A DNA stretch of 55,283 nucleotides, the filler included, from Catajapyx aquilonaris (Eukaryota): assembly GCA_000934665.2 (NCBI GenBank). It is 3 parts of 3 records of this genome, joined end to end, with 100 filler letters (N's around TTAATTAATTAA, not from the genome) between each part and the next. Parts side by side here need not be neighbours in the genome. Positions count along the whole stretch, not along the records: positions 1 to 18,370 come from JYFJ02006718.1; 2 more parts are not named here. One strand, 5' to 3'. The notes under the pieces are model-generated. The model saw only the letters and a list, made by a program, of their open reading frames with translations. It was not told the origin of the DNA and made no database searches. A program made the position numbers and the translations under genes. Below are positions 1 through 14,031 of this stretch, in pieces. The first letter of the stretch is position 1. Each line of letters begins with the position of its first letter.

Positions 1-2740
1 GGTTCAAGGACATGTCCTGAACATATCCCCAAAAGGGCGCTTTGTTATTAATTTGTTCCAGGTAAGGCCAAAATATCGGCTAATTGCACTGGACTATAAG
101 TTCGGAGCAGTACGGTAGGGTTGCCACATGTCATTTCGGCCCTGAACAGCGCTATCAAGCGGCCACCTGCCGCAAAACACCCCGTCAGGCCCCTAAGGCG
201 ATAAGAGGGGAGTGTCCAGATCTTACTATCTGTTCCCTGGTCTAGAGCTAGACTCTAGACGAGCCGGATCTGTTCTAACGGGGAATCCGACTGCAGCCAT
301 ACATTCCCTGAAAAGAACAGGGACATCGCCTGCAATACCGGCTTGTTGCACACAACAAGATTCCGTCACGTTCACGCTTAATCGTACAGGCCTCTAGAAT
401 AAAGGGGTAGTACGTTGTCCTCTAGGTCTCGAGGTGGATCATCAGCAAAGCCATCACTAAGGCTCCCAGAAGTAACCGGACAGATCGGAATGTATGTCAT
501 CGACCCGGACAAACATGTGTTAATTCGGGGGTATACACGGTACGAAACAATTTTTTTTATGCTGCAAACTCGGCAAACGTGCCATTTTCAATTCGCAAGT
601 TACATGTGGAAAACGATCGCAGTGTGGGATTGCATCTCTTCAATTAGGGTCCCATCTGGTGTGAACCAGCCAGGATCCTTTCCCTTAATTACATATTCAG
701 TCCCGGATAGCAATAATAGAGCCACGCGGGAATGCCAAGATTTTCACAGGAACCATTAAAAGAGTATCGATGTGCGCTGGGGAATAACACGATTCCACTT
801 TACATGAAAATAAGGCTAGCTCTCCCCTATAGGCCCTATCAAAAAAAAAAAAAAAGCGGGGTGCGAGACACGAATTATTGGGCAATTCCACCCTCCCCTT
901 TTCGCCTCCTCCCCCCAACGGACTGCTAAATCAGCTGTACATGTATTTTATTTTAATTGGATACCAGGTCAGCATTCGTAACGCAGTCGATGGAGCGGCA
1001 ACATGTGCTCCCCAGCATTTCAATTATGTCTTCGTTATGCGTTTCAGAATCCGAGTATGGGGGGTAACGTTTAACGAGTGTGTGCAACATGTGAGACGAA
1101 TAACGTTGAATGTGGGAGCGTCAATATTGGAGCCAACGCGATTTTTGCTGGTAGCCAGGCAGTCACTAGACGTAAGTACAGGGTGTTTAAAAATAAAGTG
1201 GGAATCGCAGCTGTTGCGCTAGGGGAGGCTAAGCTTGGGTCGTTTATGGAGAATATTTCGCCATATTCGATTCCGTCCTGGGATATATTTCAGGTCCCAA
1301 TAGCATGGTGATGGGAGAAAAGCAGATGTTGTCGGGACGGAGCATTTTCCAATTAGCAATCCGGATTTGCGTATCTCGGTTTCTAATGAGGGTCCAATCA
1401 CAGCGTTACCAAGATACTTAACCCCATCTGCGTTGATTACCAGGGCTCTGCATGCCTGCCATTATTATTATGCACTGTAGGCCCGTCAAGTATGTCCAAT
1501 ATTGTTCGATTAAATCTGAACTTACGAAGGAGTTCAACAGAGCAGGTCATTATCAAACCCAGGTTATCTTCTTCCGGTCGAACACTTCAAAAAACAGGAA
1601 TTTCAGATTTAGCGAGTCTTTTCACGGCCCAGGTGACTTTGCCCAATGGGATATGAACCCTAGATAAAAATGGTTCATTTTAAAAATATGAATTTAGCGT
1701 TGAGTTGATACCTGTAAACAGAAATTAACACATTTTTGACAGCATTGTTTTAATAATGACCTACATTGCTACCGGTATATTTTGTAACGCTGAGAGACTT
1801 GGTCAGAAAGCATTTAACTGTAGGTGTACACTGTACACGAACAATTAATATTGGATATGTACCCACCCTCACCTGATCCCCCACAAAGCATCCCTGGTTG
1901 GTCAATCTGTCAACGGTGAAGGTGAGAGCTGTAGCAGCTCCTATGACTCTATTTTTGAAAAATGCAGGAATTTATTCCTCCTCGGGGGGATCTGCATAAT
2001 GAATCATTCCCGGCTAAAGTTGCCATAAACTGGCAATTTATTAATGGCCGAGGCAGTCATCCTGATGGTTGGGGAAAGGGGATGGCGGGTGGAAAACGTT
2101 GGCCTGAGGGCTCACATCCCTCGGCCGTAACTTCAATCAAATGCCTCGTGTGAAGCGATGCCGCGAAAATGTCAGGACAACTTTTTTTGGGTGGGAGGGA
2201 GGGGGGGGGGGGGGGGGGGCGNTTCAGGCTTGGGGATTTTTGAGAGTGTTGGATTTTTTTGCACTTTTTTTTTACCCGGGGAGAAATTCGCACTTTATTA
2301 GAGGACTTTTTTAATGCGGTCGTAAAATTGGCGCGCTTTTCTCAGTTTGGAGTTTTTGAGCTGTTGGCGTATCATCATTATGGCGTCATAAAAACATGGA
2401 TATGTCGTAAATTTTTGGACAAGTGCTAACTGGTGCTTCAGTAATAATAGTTATTGTTTTCCAAACTGTAATTATGATTATCAGAGAAGCATATAAAGAG
2501 TGCGTGTCAACATAAAAATTCTCAAGTGTCCTTTGGTCTTAAGTTCTCAGAACCTTTTCATAGTTTGACATCAAAATTATATTAGAGCAATTTATAGGCC
2601 TATTTGATAATAAGATACTGTAAATAAAGGGTGAGAAGTAAAGGCTGCTTAGAATGTAAGGGATATTTCAAAAGATGCTCATTTTGCGACAGTCCCAAAA
2701 TAAGCAGTTAATATGGACACGAAGGTAGATCTTATGAAGC

Positions 2741-2820
2741 TTTATTATTGTTATTATTGTTATTGTTGTTGTTGTTATTATTATCATTATTATTATTATA
2801 TTAATTAAATAATAATAATG
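2741..2820. repeat. Imperfect (TTA/TTG)n microsatellite
   Basis: Mixed ttattattg/ttgttg/attatt run seen directly. Confidence 0.7.
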
Positions 2821-5094
2821 AACCAGGACCACTTGATATTCATATTACCCAATTTTTACTTTGGACAAACTGAAGTTACCTGAGCTAGCACTACTCGCCT
2901 GCGGCAATATTGAAAATGCACAAATTTTGTGGCTAATAAACAGCAAACTGTTGCAGATTATGAATAATAATGTTTAAACTGGGAAGGCCTCAAAGCCCAA
3001 AAAATACAGAGTGTCCAGTTGTCACGCTTTTGACGTGACCTTTGCTGGTAAATAACCCGCATTAACTATAATACAAATTAAAATACGTGCCCATGCACGC
3101 ACATGACTGCTGTACTCACACCCCAAAACACAATCAAAACAACTACATCCGACATTAATGGATTCATAAAATTGAGAATAAATGCACCCAACGTATCGAC
3201 CATTTTTCGCACCCCACCAACCCCCCCTTGCATGTACATTCCACCTAACTAATAATACCAATGTAATGATTATCAGTTTGGTTATGCATAACGATACACC
3301 GTTTCCAACTCTATTGGCATATAATCACTGATTAATACGTGTATAAACTGGCAAACAAACAGTGCGCATCAGGGCCCGGAGGGCACATTAATTACAATAT
3401 GGCCGTCCACAACCATCTCCTAGCCCATAAACCATTTCTACCCCCCTACCCCTCCCTACCATCCCGCGACAGTAAAGTGTTGAAAAAGTGTCAGAAGAGT
3501 CCTAATCCCCCCATTGTTTTAGCCCCTGCTTCTCTCTCCCAAAAAATGGTTAGATGATATAGCTGACGTGGAAATAATAGAGCTCCTTTCCGCTAAAATA
3601 ATTACGGTGCCTGCCCCCCGTCCTCCTCCCCCAATCCCCCCCCCCCTCTTTTCCTCCTCCAGGCCCTCCTTTCCAAGAGGCTAATTTCCATTACGGTGCT
3701 TCAGCACGTAACGAGAGGATTAGAGAAGGCTTTGATGGATACGCAGGCCTAATCTGCCTAATGCCTCCTATCTTACCTAGTAATAGGATACGTGATAGGA
3801 ATTACAGTCGCCACATATTTCAGCATAATGTATGCTGGGAGGTGTATTGAGAGCCCTAGACTAATTCATACAAGTGGGTGGGGAAGAAAGGGGGGTGGGT
3901 AGGGGGTGGAGGGGACGATAGGCTGCTTACTGGCCTGTTTGTGACGGGTAAGGGAAAGAGGATGTTTGGCCAAAGAGATTTATGGACCCTTCCTCAGGAT
4001 TCGTGAACTAACCAGGATCATGAACCGCAGAACAGGGGGGGTAGGAGGAGAGGCGGGTTGGGGAAGAGAGGGGAGGAAAAATAGTTAAAAGGAGTTAATG
4101 AGGGTTCATTTATTGTGAATATGATGAATGCAATTAAATTATTACGTCAATAGTGCCGGGCTTTGCGGGCGAACAGATTTGTTAATTGTCACGATTCCCG
4201 TGCTAATTATGACACATTATGAGTGGGCCTAATTTGTTATTAACTGGAGTTCATTGTACTGGATTTCAAAGTACTAAGCCAGAACATGGATAATTGGGGG
4301 TCTGGACTACGATTCGAAACACGTGTAAGAAATCAACGGTCACCTATTAAACTTTTCTGCTTCAAGAAAATGTTCACAAGTAAACTTTCAAATTACGATA
4401 GGACACGCTCAGAAACAGATAATCACTTTGAATCGCTTTTCTATGACGTACTCACGTACACATTAGTTAGAAATAGTCTCAATCTGCATTCTATTCTGAA
4501 TTGGGAAGCACTATTGAGCAATAAGGGGGCTATCGGGGTTATGAACTTAATGAACCTATTAATAACGATTTTAATTATTTTCAACATAGCTCAGGACCCA
4601 ATTTTGTAGCAATTATTTTGCCTTAGAGAGTTTGCAATTTTTGAATAATTTTAACGACATAAAGCCTCATTTGTTGCTCATTATAATTTCGCTTTCTCCC
4701 AGCCTTTTTTGTGGTTGTGGCATTCCATTTTTAATTTACTACCTGTAGTTAATAATGGGCAATGCACATTTTGCTGACTGACTACTTCTGAAGGCCTGAC
4801 ACTCAACTGCATGTCCTACCACATTCCGAATATTGTACACTTGTAATGAAGAAAGATGACAATCACATTTTGGTCAAAATTGAGTTATGAATTTACTGTT
4901 TAATAGTGCTCGAAGTGTAGTTTCCTATGGTCAGTTCTGATATCTGCTGGAAGCATTACAGTCTCCAGAGAAATTTTTCAATAAAACTCCCATTTCATAG
5001 TCTGATATCTAGAAATCAATCTGACTTTGATCTTCCTGCATTTCAGAACTTTAATTGTCTTATGTAACCTGAGAAAATTCAGCCGCCTCTTAGG

Positions 5095-5197
5095 TACTAT
5101 CGGGTTCAAATACTTTTGGCCACTTTATCCTGGTGTGGAAGCAACCCTTCACACAAGACCAGGATAAAGTGGCCAAAAGTATTTGAACCCGATAGTA
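5095..5197. mobile_element. Short foldback/MITE: perfect 40-bp inverted repeat with 23-bp spacer
   Basis: tactatcgggttcaaatacttttggccactttatcctggt (5095-5134) is the exact reverse complement of 5158-5197. A diverged copy of the right arm lies at ~55129-55175, so this is a dispersed family. Confidence 0.75.
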
Positions 5198-8100
5198 GCC
5201 TACTATTTTAAATAAATATTTTTGCATGGACTGATAGCAAAAGGGGACCACGCTCAAGTCCCCCGGCGCTCTAATTTATTCAAGCATTAGTCTACATATC
5301 AGTTTAAGCATCTCACTTCACTAATATTATTGCACGTTAACCGATTTTATATTGCTTATTGTAAATTGTATGGGGAACAGGCTTTGGAGTAGAATATTAT
5401 GCGGAGGAAAACCTGTGTCTCATTGACATGTAGGAAGTGTAGAATGGCACTTGCTGCCATATTCCGCAAACGAAAATGGCACTTGCCTCACTATGGCATG
5501 TCGCCATTCTTAAGCTTTAGGAATTCGCTAAAATATCAGAAATTCCCACTGCGGTTGCGACATGCTCAAAGGTAAAAATGTCCTCCACTTTTTCTCCCCC
5601 ATAATGGCATAAGGAGCCACGAAAACTACGCACAAAAGAAATGCAAAGAACGATAAGCTTGAGCAAATTGAACTATTATGAACCGAACAATACACTTGAA
5701 CCTTTGAATGAGAACAGTACCGGTATTGAGTCTTAAAATAATGAAGGTTATGAATTTTCAAATAAGTTTTCATTTCATCAAGTAGCATTGTGCTAGCCTT
5801 TTTGTGGTCTTCAAAGAAAGGGAAAAAACAAAATGAATTCCAAACATTACCGTTAGTGGAATTCGGAAAATTTTGATTAAATTTTAATAATGCAGGGAGG
5901 CAAACTCGCGGAAAAGATTGATTATCATATTTGCCAGCATTGTACCTCGTGCATTTTTTAGTAACTCCGAATCTCGTTTCGTGAATGGAACACAGCATCA
6001 GAACTAATATTAATGGCTGTTTAAAACATAATTTAATCGCATAAAGGCTGTATTGGTCATTTAAATCAAGAATTGTTAATATGCTTAATTGTTTTCATAA
6101 ACACTTTTGCTGGTTAGTAGCATCACCTGAATTTCCTAAGCAGCCCATATTCTTGACTAGGCAATTTTTGTCACATACCGGTATATCATAAACTTCTTCA
6201 TGCAGTACAATCTGACAGTTAGAAGGGGCCATAGGATAATGACATGACTAATAGCTAGTGACGCGTTCGCACATACACCAACACACATCGGCACAAAACG
6301 CGAGGGAAGTGTTGTTAACCGATAGGGTGTTCATCGAGCCGAAGCCAAATCCGAGACCTCTTGACCTCTGCACGTTACTTCCCTAAGGGGTGGCCTGCAT
6401 GGAAGCCGATAAGACAAAAGCCATTCTTTTTCCGAAACCGATGTAATGCGTAGGGATTTGCAGCACATCACTTTGGGTGTCTTCCCGGAACTACTTTGGC
6501 TCCATTCGGCCAATCAGGTCGTACCATCCGCCATATCCTTCCGCGTCGAAGAGTCCCTGCGTCCCCAAGATACCGCCATGTTGGTTAGCACGTTGATTAG
6601 TGTGTGGTTAACGCTAATTAGATTTCCCAGCTCCGAAATAATCCGTTCTCTTCGCTGTTTAACTGTTGTTTGAGTTTTGTATCACGTTGTCTTTCTCTTT
6701 TTCCCGCCATTTCCGTCCCCCGTGGGGCTCGCCTTGATCAATGCACGTGCCACCATAATTGCATCCAGGAATAGCAGTAAAATTACAGGGGAGGAAACTA
6801 TATAGGCTATGGCTGTAATTAACCGCGACAATATTAGCCTAGGCCTGTTTCCTATTGATTCCGAGAGCTTCGTTCCCTTTTTTGCCTTTTTTTATATCCG
6901 AAATTGGTTCCGAACTGAGATCACTTTGTGGTTCATTCGTGCTCAGTTGACAAATCCAGGCCATCAATTTAGGGACATTTCTCAACAGGAAAGTACGTGC
7001 TTTAATGTCGGGATGGGAGACGGCCGGTGGGGATGGGGGGAGGGAGAACTAATGCGAAAGGTATGTTTAGGGGTATAAACGTAGCTACTACTATTTATCG
7101 TTTGTCTCGACAATTAATTGAACAGTGTAATCATTTTCGATATTGCCGTCAAAGGTTTTGCATATAACATGTGCATTCACTTTGGCCAATATAATATTAT
7201 TATTACATGTATGGGGGGCATATGACCACTAGCCATAACAAACTAACGAGTGATTTGAGACTGGCCACCTGTCCTCCCTTCTGACCATAACCCGTCACTG
7301 TCACATATGATTGCACTTTCTACGTTGCACCATTTGCATCATTTTTGGCGGGAAGATGAAGGACGGGTTGAGTTTTGCACGGTATAACTGTGTTTTTGGT
7401 TAATTTGTAAGTACAAGAAAATACTGCACACGTCGAAGTGAATATGTTCTGAGGGAAGAACATACCCTCCTCATCCTTTTAATGCATTAAAAATATGACA
7501 TGGCAAATGGTGCACTCTATGCCTTGCATCCTGTTTACATGCCCTGAACAAACAAGAGGGCCTCAGCACGCCTATAGCTGGACACATATCATGTAATTAC
7601 TATTCCCCATCTTGCATAATGATGTTTATGTTTTAGCTGGAAACATACAAGTACTGCAGCTTGTTTTCGGAGGCCAAAAATATCATGAAATGAGTTGGCG
7701 CAAGTTCATACGACTTGACTAAAATAAGTGCAACGTTGTTGACTAATTTGTATTGCAAACTTCAATTTAAATAATAAATCAACTTTGGTTACGCTGCGTA
7801 GGCATGACCAATAACGAATATGACGTTTTTAATCATGGGCAAAATCAAGCATAAGCCTTGTGACCAAAGGCATAATAAAATGGTCTTGAGAGCTTGAAAT
7901 CGACACTAGTAAATAATGTCTATATCAGGCACGAATATTGTCAGTGGCAGAGAGAAACTGAGTAGGAGATCCCATGGCATGGAAAGAGTGACGTATGTGT
8001 AGCATCCTGTGAAGAGCGTTTGAAAGCTCCATGAAACGTGGGTCATTGTTTGGATTGCGTAGAGTTTTTGACGCGTTATCTGCACCTATCATTCGGTGAA

Positions 8101-8518
8101 GCTTATCCTGCTTCTATCAAGAACGAAAATAGGTAAAGCTTGTTAATAAAACACTATGTAGCTCTACTAAACCTGCCACTTTCACCACGGGACCCATCGA
8201 ACCCGTTCAGTCTATTCAATTCTCCATTTCCATTCTTTACACTCTATTCGAGACCTGAAGTTGTCGAACAGTGCTCAGTAACTAGTTACACTTTGTACAC
8301 AGCAAATGTAGACGGCCCTTGTTTTAACACCCTGTAGGTTTGCAGAAATTGAGTCTACATTTGGCATGGCTGGGTCTCAGTGGACATATCTGGGTTTGCG
8401 CTCCACCTGTTCAAAACGGTTCCAAGTTTATCACGCTATTACTTCAAATGTTTGAATCCAATGTGCAAATAGTTCATTAAAGCACTGCCCCCTTCAGGCC
8501 CGGTCCAAAATCTCCTGG

Positions 8519-8542
8519 ACTGACTGACTGACTGACTGACTG
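8519..8542. repeat. (ACTG)n microsatellite
   Basis: About 6 tandem ACTG units. Confidence 0.8.
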
Positions 8543-9544
8543 CCATCCTCCCAAAAGGCAATTCTTTACCTTCTCCCTCAGATATGTCAGAAAAAGGAGA
8601 GTTTGGGTTAGGGGGGGGGGAGTTCCATTCCGTTGGCCAGACGCCATTGGCGTCCCCCTGAAAAGCACGCTCTGACACCCCCTCCTTTGATAAAGCGCCG
8701 CGAGGCTGTCAATAAACGGCAGAGAGGGAAAAATTTTATTGATGAGCTTGTTTGATTTGGCGTCTTCTGGGACTCGGATGTTGGTAGTCCCCGAAAACTT
8801 ACTCACAAAACTCGGTCTCCCTTCGTTCTTCTCTGGAAATCCCAGGGAGGGATGTGGAGGGGGTGGTGGGTGGGATGAGAGGAGAGGGGGAGGGGGAGGA
8901 AGATGGACAGAAGTGACGGAGAGGATGGGATTTCGTAGAATCTCTCTTCACTCCTCCTGCTCCTGCTGGGCTCAGATTGGAGGAAGCAACTTGCACGCGG
9001 TGGAATCCGAGATAATTTAACCCGCAGAAAGTTTTCACCTAACCTCAATGGAACAACTATTCATGTCCCAAGTTTTAACAACAGTTGAAGCAAGGGGGGA
9101 AAGGGTCAAAAAACACCATCTTTTGCCAAAATTAGTCTCCCTGCGACCATCCTACATTGTACAGTTTGATGGAAACAATAGAAATTCTAAATCCTATAAA
9201 ATTAATGATTTCTTACTTTCCTGAAGTTCGCCTACACACTAAGTTAACTAGTCCTGGGCCTTAACCTATATTCCCCAGCGACAACTTCCTTTGCTCTCTC
9301 GGCGCAACTTCACTTTTCCTTTTACCTGTAATAACCACTACTGCGACCATCTGGGTTAGATCAGAAACTATTATAAGAACCTATGTTATTATTCATGAAT
9401 GGAAAGGGGCGAATTATAAGTCCGCAACACCTAGCTACTACTGCAGCCGAATTGCAGCTGTGAACAGGCTAGGTGGGCGATTCTTTTCAAGCATAAAAAG
9501 CAATATTACCTCACTGGTCTACTTGAATTATAGATATGGTACTC

Positions 9545-9890
9545 TTTTTTTGCTATTACCCCGTAGGTCGCGGGCCTTTTCAGGGGGGGTGGAACACCAC
9601 CATTTTTATTCCATTTTCTGATTTTATTAACTAATCTCCGGTGCAAGGAGTCAAGGACGTATAGGGTAGGGATGTGGGTTTTTGGGGGAGGGGACACAAG
9701 TGCAGGTGCATTGTCGGATGTCGGGCCATGTGCAGTCCCCCAGGAGGCTAGGTTGCCAGGCACCTCTATAAGGTGTGGGTCAGAGACCCTCCTGACGCAG
9801 ACGAAAGGGAGCTCCCAGGCGGGGATCGAACCTGGGTAATATTATTTCGCTCAGCAAGCCGAGACGTTACCATCTCGGGCACCACACCTT
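9545..9890 (-). mobile_element. Probable tRNA-derived SINE (3' boundary uncertain)
   Basis: Minus strand reads gtggtgcccgagatggtaacg (A-box-like) then cccaggttcgatccccgcc (B-box GGTTCGAnnC), followed by a non-tRNA body. Confidence 0.55.
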
Positions 9891-12800
9891 CCCCTATGGT
9901 AGCCCCTACTTTAGTTTATTGCAATATCCTGTGGCATTTACATTTTTATTTGACATAAAAAATCTGAAAGCGATGTCTATTACTACTCCATGTATTTAAA
10001 AAATGCCTTTTTATTTAAGAAGAAACCATAGGTGCGTTTATATTAGAGGGACGGCTCAGTTGAGGTGTAGTTGAAACACTATTGAGAGGCGAATTGGCCT
10101 GTTTACACTAGCAGCGCACTTCAGATGAGCTACTCCAGGCGCGTCTCAAATTGGCGCACTCTCGGCTTCACCTCTAAGACCCGGACGCGCCATCACACCT
10201 CACTTATTCTGCCAAAGGTGGACATATCTGGCTTTTGCATTAAACCCTTCAATTTATACCATAACATCTTTTCCAACCACCACCCCTCTTTAAGTGCCGG
10301 TCCACCCTGTATATGTTTATGATATAATTCTGTTCATTACGTCATTTTACCAGTCAATCTTCTCAATATATTCTAAAGCTATCTCTGATCGGTATCAGTG
10401 GAAGATATCCATTGGACATTAAAACGGTATACAATATACATTTAAGTTGATATTTAGAAAATATAATAAAGGAACGTGTAAATAAGCGTCGCAACACCGA
10501 AACAGATATGAACTGACCTTTGAATAAAATAGTAAATGCAGTATTAAATATATTGCCCCTCGTCAGGGATATAAAATGCCTTCAAAACCAACATACGCAA
10601 TAATTCAATGACTTATTCGTTACCCTTGACAACATCAGTACACATCAAAACACACGTCACTGGTTTGCATAAAACTAGCCAGGCGTGAGATTCGTAATTA
10701 TAAGTGACGCAATAACAGTAATTTCAAAATATCAATTCTGATGCATAGAAATGAAGTCATTCTTCTGTAGCTGAAGATATCCTGATGTTGTTGGGCTATT
10801 AAAACTTTTCCATCTCATGCAGATATTTATATCTGGACAGTTCTGAGAAAAAATGGGCAATACATCATTCTGTATAATAACAGCAAAATACAAGTAGTTT
10901 ATACTTGTATCGCTTGTATCACATTTTGACTTCCCTTACAACTGGTCATTACGGTAATGGGTAATGAGATGCTCTACAAGCCTTTACAAGTCCTTGATGA
11001 CACCGTTGTGCTGTATTCCCTCTGGATTTCAACTTGTGTCTAAAATATGGATAACATCGTGTGTACTATAATACATTACTCGTGCTCAGATGACTCCTAG
11101 CGCAAGTATTAAGCACATTAAATTTTTAATAATTTAAAATGCCACTAAAATATTTTGTAAGCACTCTAACCTGCCTTTTTACCATGATTGTGTGTACACT
11201 TAATTTAATTTGCCTAGACAGCATGATCATCTGCAATATTCAATCTTTTCCCCCAAAATAAAAAAAGGAGCGTAAGTCGCATTTTGCATCCACTTTCCTT
11301 GTCCTTAGGCCATTCTATTCACTTGAATCATTTTTGCGTAATTGCGAGTATATTCTCCATAATCCGAAAAAACATTATCTTCCTCTTGTCTACAACAGCT
11401 CTAAGTTCCTTTCCTAAATAATGGACTTTGCGCACTTGGGGAAAAGAGCTCTTGAATTGACCTCCGGTTAGTGTCCATCATCCTCAACTTGGTGAGACTT
11501 CCTCAAACTGCCCAAAACTACTTCCAAAGTGCTGAAGTTGTCCACTATGCAAAACCCTCCCTAACTTGATCCTTTTGAAGCTTCTTCTGGGTATAGAGGC
11601 GGGTCTCCCTTCCTCCTCCCTAGCCCTCTTCTCCCACCCCTACAACCCACTTAATTCCACCTCGTTGGCCTCCTTCACTCAATATTGACCCCTCACTTTG
11701 AGAAGAGTTTGTTTTGGCCAATGGGCGTACTTCCTTCGATTATTCCGCTCTGGTTCTTCAATGACAGGGGGAAAGGGATAAAAATAAGTGTCTAAAAAGA
11801 TTGCCACCCAAAATTAACCTTTTTGCACCAATACATTACACGTGTCGGAAACGAGACGTAGGCACAACTCCCATTAAACAAGGCGTAAGTGCAACTTTAA
11901 TTGCAACTTGGAAGTTCAGTATTTAGGTATAAGGCCGAGACCAACCCTCGAAACTATTGCAGGAAACTAGTCGTTACAGTTTGGAGATTGGGTGTGATTT
12001 ACGTGAGAAGTTCGGTCATTCGGCGTATTCCCGCATTGAAATCATTTTGCACGCTAAGGGACTACAAGGCGACATGACGCCATGGCAGCTAAACACTATT
12101 TTTAAGTCATTAACTCGTAAGACCCGGTTGCATAATTATCACCACATGTGAAGGTGAATATGAAAGTCTGAAATCGTCTGAAATAATTTGCCCATTACCT
12201 CGTCTAATTATTCACTATACGTAATTATCACTCCACATGATGACGTTGGTGACACCTACTTTAAGGTCAGTGTCCAAAAACACAGGATGAAAATGACGCG
12301 AAAACGTTCTTCTCAGATAGTATCGGTAGGCAGTGGCAAGAATCCTTCTCGGGAGAGTGCTTGAAACAACTGCGAGGTCAATCCTCTGTTTTCGGAGATT
12401 AAAGTCCGACGCAAAGCCTATCGGAAAAAGTTCCTTCCCGATCCGATTAATTCCGAGAAACGTTATCGAACAGCCTTTTTTCCCGCCCTTTTCCCTCTCT
12501 CTCTCCGTCCTTCCACCAAATGACTAGCTGGCCTTTGCCCTGAGAACCAGAGGAGCCTGCCCCAGATTGACTCCGATATTTTTTGCCACCAGAGGCCATC
12601 CCAGGCTGTGTGTGTGGGGGGATCCACAGGATGCTGGAAGAGTGAAATCCTCCCTCAGGCATAGGCACTGTTTAGGTGGACGTGGGATAAACCCAGGGAT
12701 TACTTGGCCCAGCTTATTTTGATTGGCATTCTAAATTGTAGGGCGTTATTCCCCTCCACTCAAAGCCAAAGCCTTTAATTTCCCTGGGGTCGAACTAAGC

Positions 12801-13225
12801 GTGCATATCGTGTCAACAAGCCCTACCCCAGAAGGATTGACGACCAACGGTATACAGCCTCATTTTCTTCTGACGGAGTTCATCTTTTAAGCGGGGGGTT
12901 CAAATTTGTCGCCATTTCCTAGTTGGCGCAGAGTTTCTTAGGGGGTTTTCTATGACTGGGCCATGTCAGCAGGGACGCACTTTTGTAGTAATCATCGCAA
13001 AGGAGTATTGGTAGCAAATTGAGGAAAAAAGGGAACTACAAAGGAGATCGGTCGATTGGCATACAATCAGTTCTAAGGTTGGTTTCATGCAGACACATCG
13101 GCAGAAACTTTTTGGTGAAGAGGGATCGGAATAAATGTACAGTACTGTACACTATAGGCTATCATGCCGACAATTTTTTAAATGCAATAACACTGATTAC
13201 ACTGATTTCAAGGCTGAAAATAATA

Positions 13226-13735
13226 CAGTAAAACCTCGATATAACACTCTTCAGGGGACAGGCCAAAATTAGCGTTATAACGTCATGCTATTATGAACAA
13301 ATTTATATTTAATTATATAATATATTTATATTTAACGTTTATGTCTACACTCCTGCTCTGTATATGGATACAGAGCAGCCACATTTACCTGACGTGAACT
13401 AACTTAACCTGCCCACGCACCACGTACTGTACCACCCCCCCAAAAATATCCCCTGAAGAATCCAAAACAATAGCGACTAACCATTCCTACGTACAGTGGG
13501 CTTCATACCTTCAAAGTGTAGAGAAAAAATGCCCTGTTATTCATCTCTTGCTGTCAATTGTGCCGTTATATGCGGGATAAGTGTCCCTGGGGGCCAGGAA
13601 AATCGAGCGGTATATGCGGGAAAGCGTTACAAGCGGGAAAATTTAACATTGGGTCTTATGGGGATGATCAAGGGACAGAGAAAAGGGGGACAGTGTTATA
13701 GGCGGAAGCGTTATACGTATATCAAGGTTTTACTG
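13226..13735. mobile_element. pogo/Tigger-like MITE
   Basis: TIRs CAGTAAAACCTCGATATA / TATATCAAGGTTTTACTG (1 mismatch), TA on both sides, no coding capacity. Confidence 0.8.
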
Positions 13736-13906
13736 TACGCCTACATAGCACCTAAAACGACCTTGAAGAGTACCGGTACCACTTTGCGCCTGCAGTGATA
13801 CTGCCCGTAAGACAAGGGTGCGGTTGCATGTAAGCCAGGATGAGAAGTAAACAGTCTCGGATCGACACGGATTAACTGATGCTCAGTCAGTGTGGACAGG
13901 TGATAA

Positions 13907-14031
13907 GGGCCGGTTTCACCGAGCTCAGTATATGATAAAACCAGGGTATTTCTCAAAATCCCTATCTATTTGTATGGATTTTCCTAAAGAAACCTGGTTT
14001 TATCATATACCAAGCTCGGTGAAACCGGCCC
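13907..14031. mobile_element. PIF/Harbinger (Tourist-like) MITE
   Basis: TIR GGGCCGGTTTCACCGAGCT / AGCTCGGTGAAACCGGCCC with a 3-bp TAA duplication on both sides; second family member at 54200-54329. Confidence 0.85.

Noticed and set aside
8799..9048. Pro/Ser-rich minus-strand ORFs ending at a GTGAGT donor-like site
   Set aside because: Composition is explained by a G/A-rich low-complexity tract; no partner exons found.
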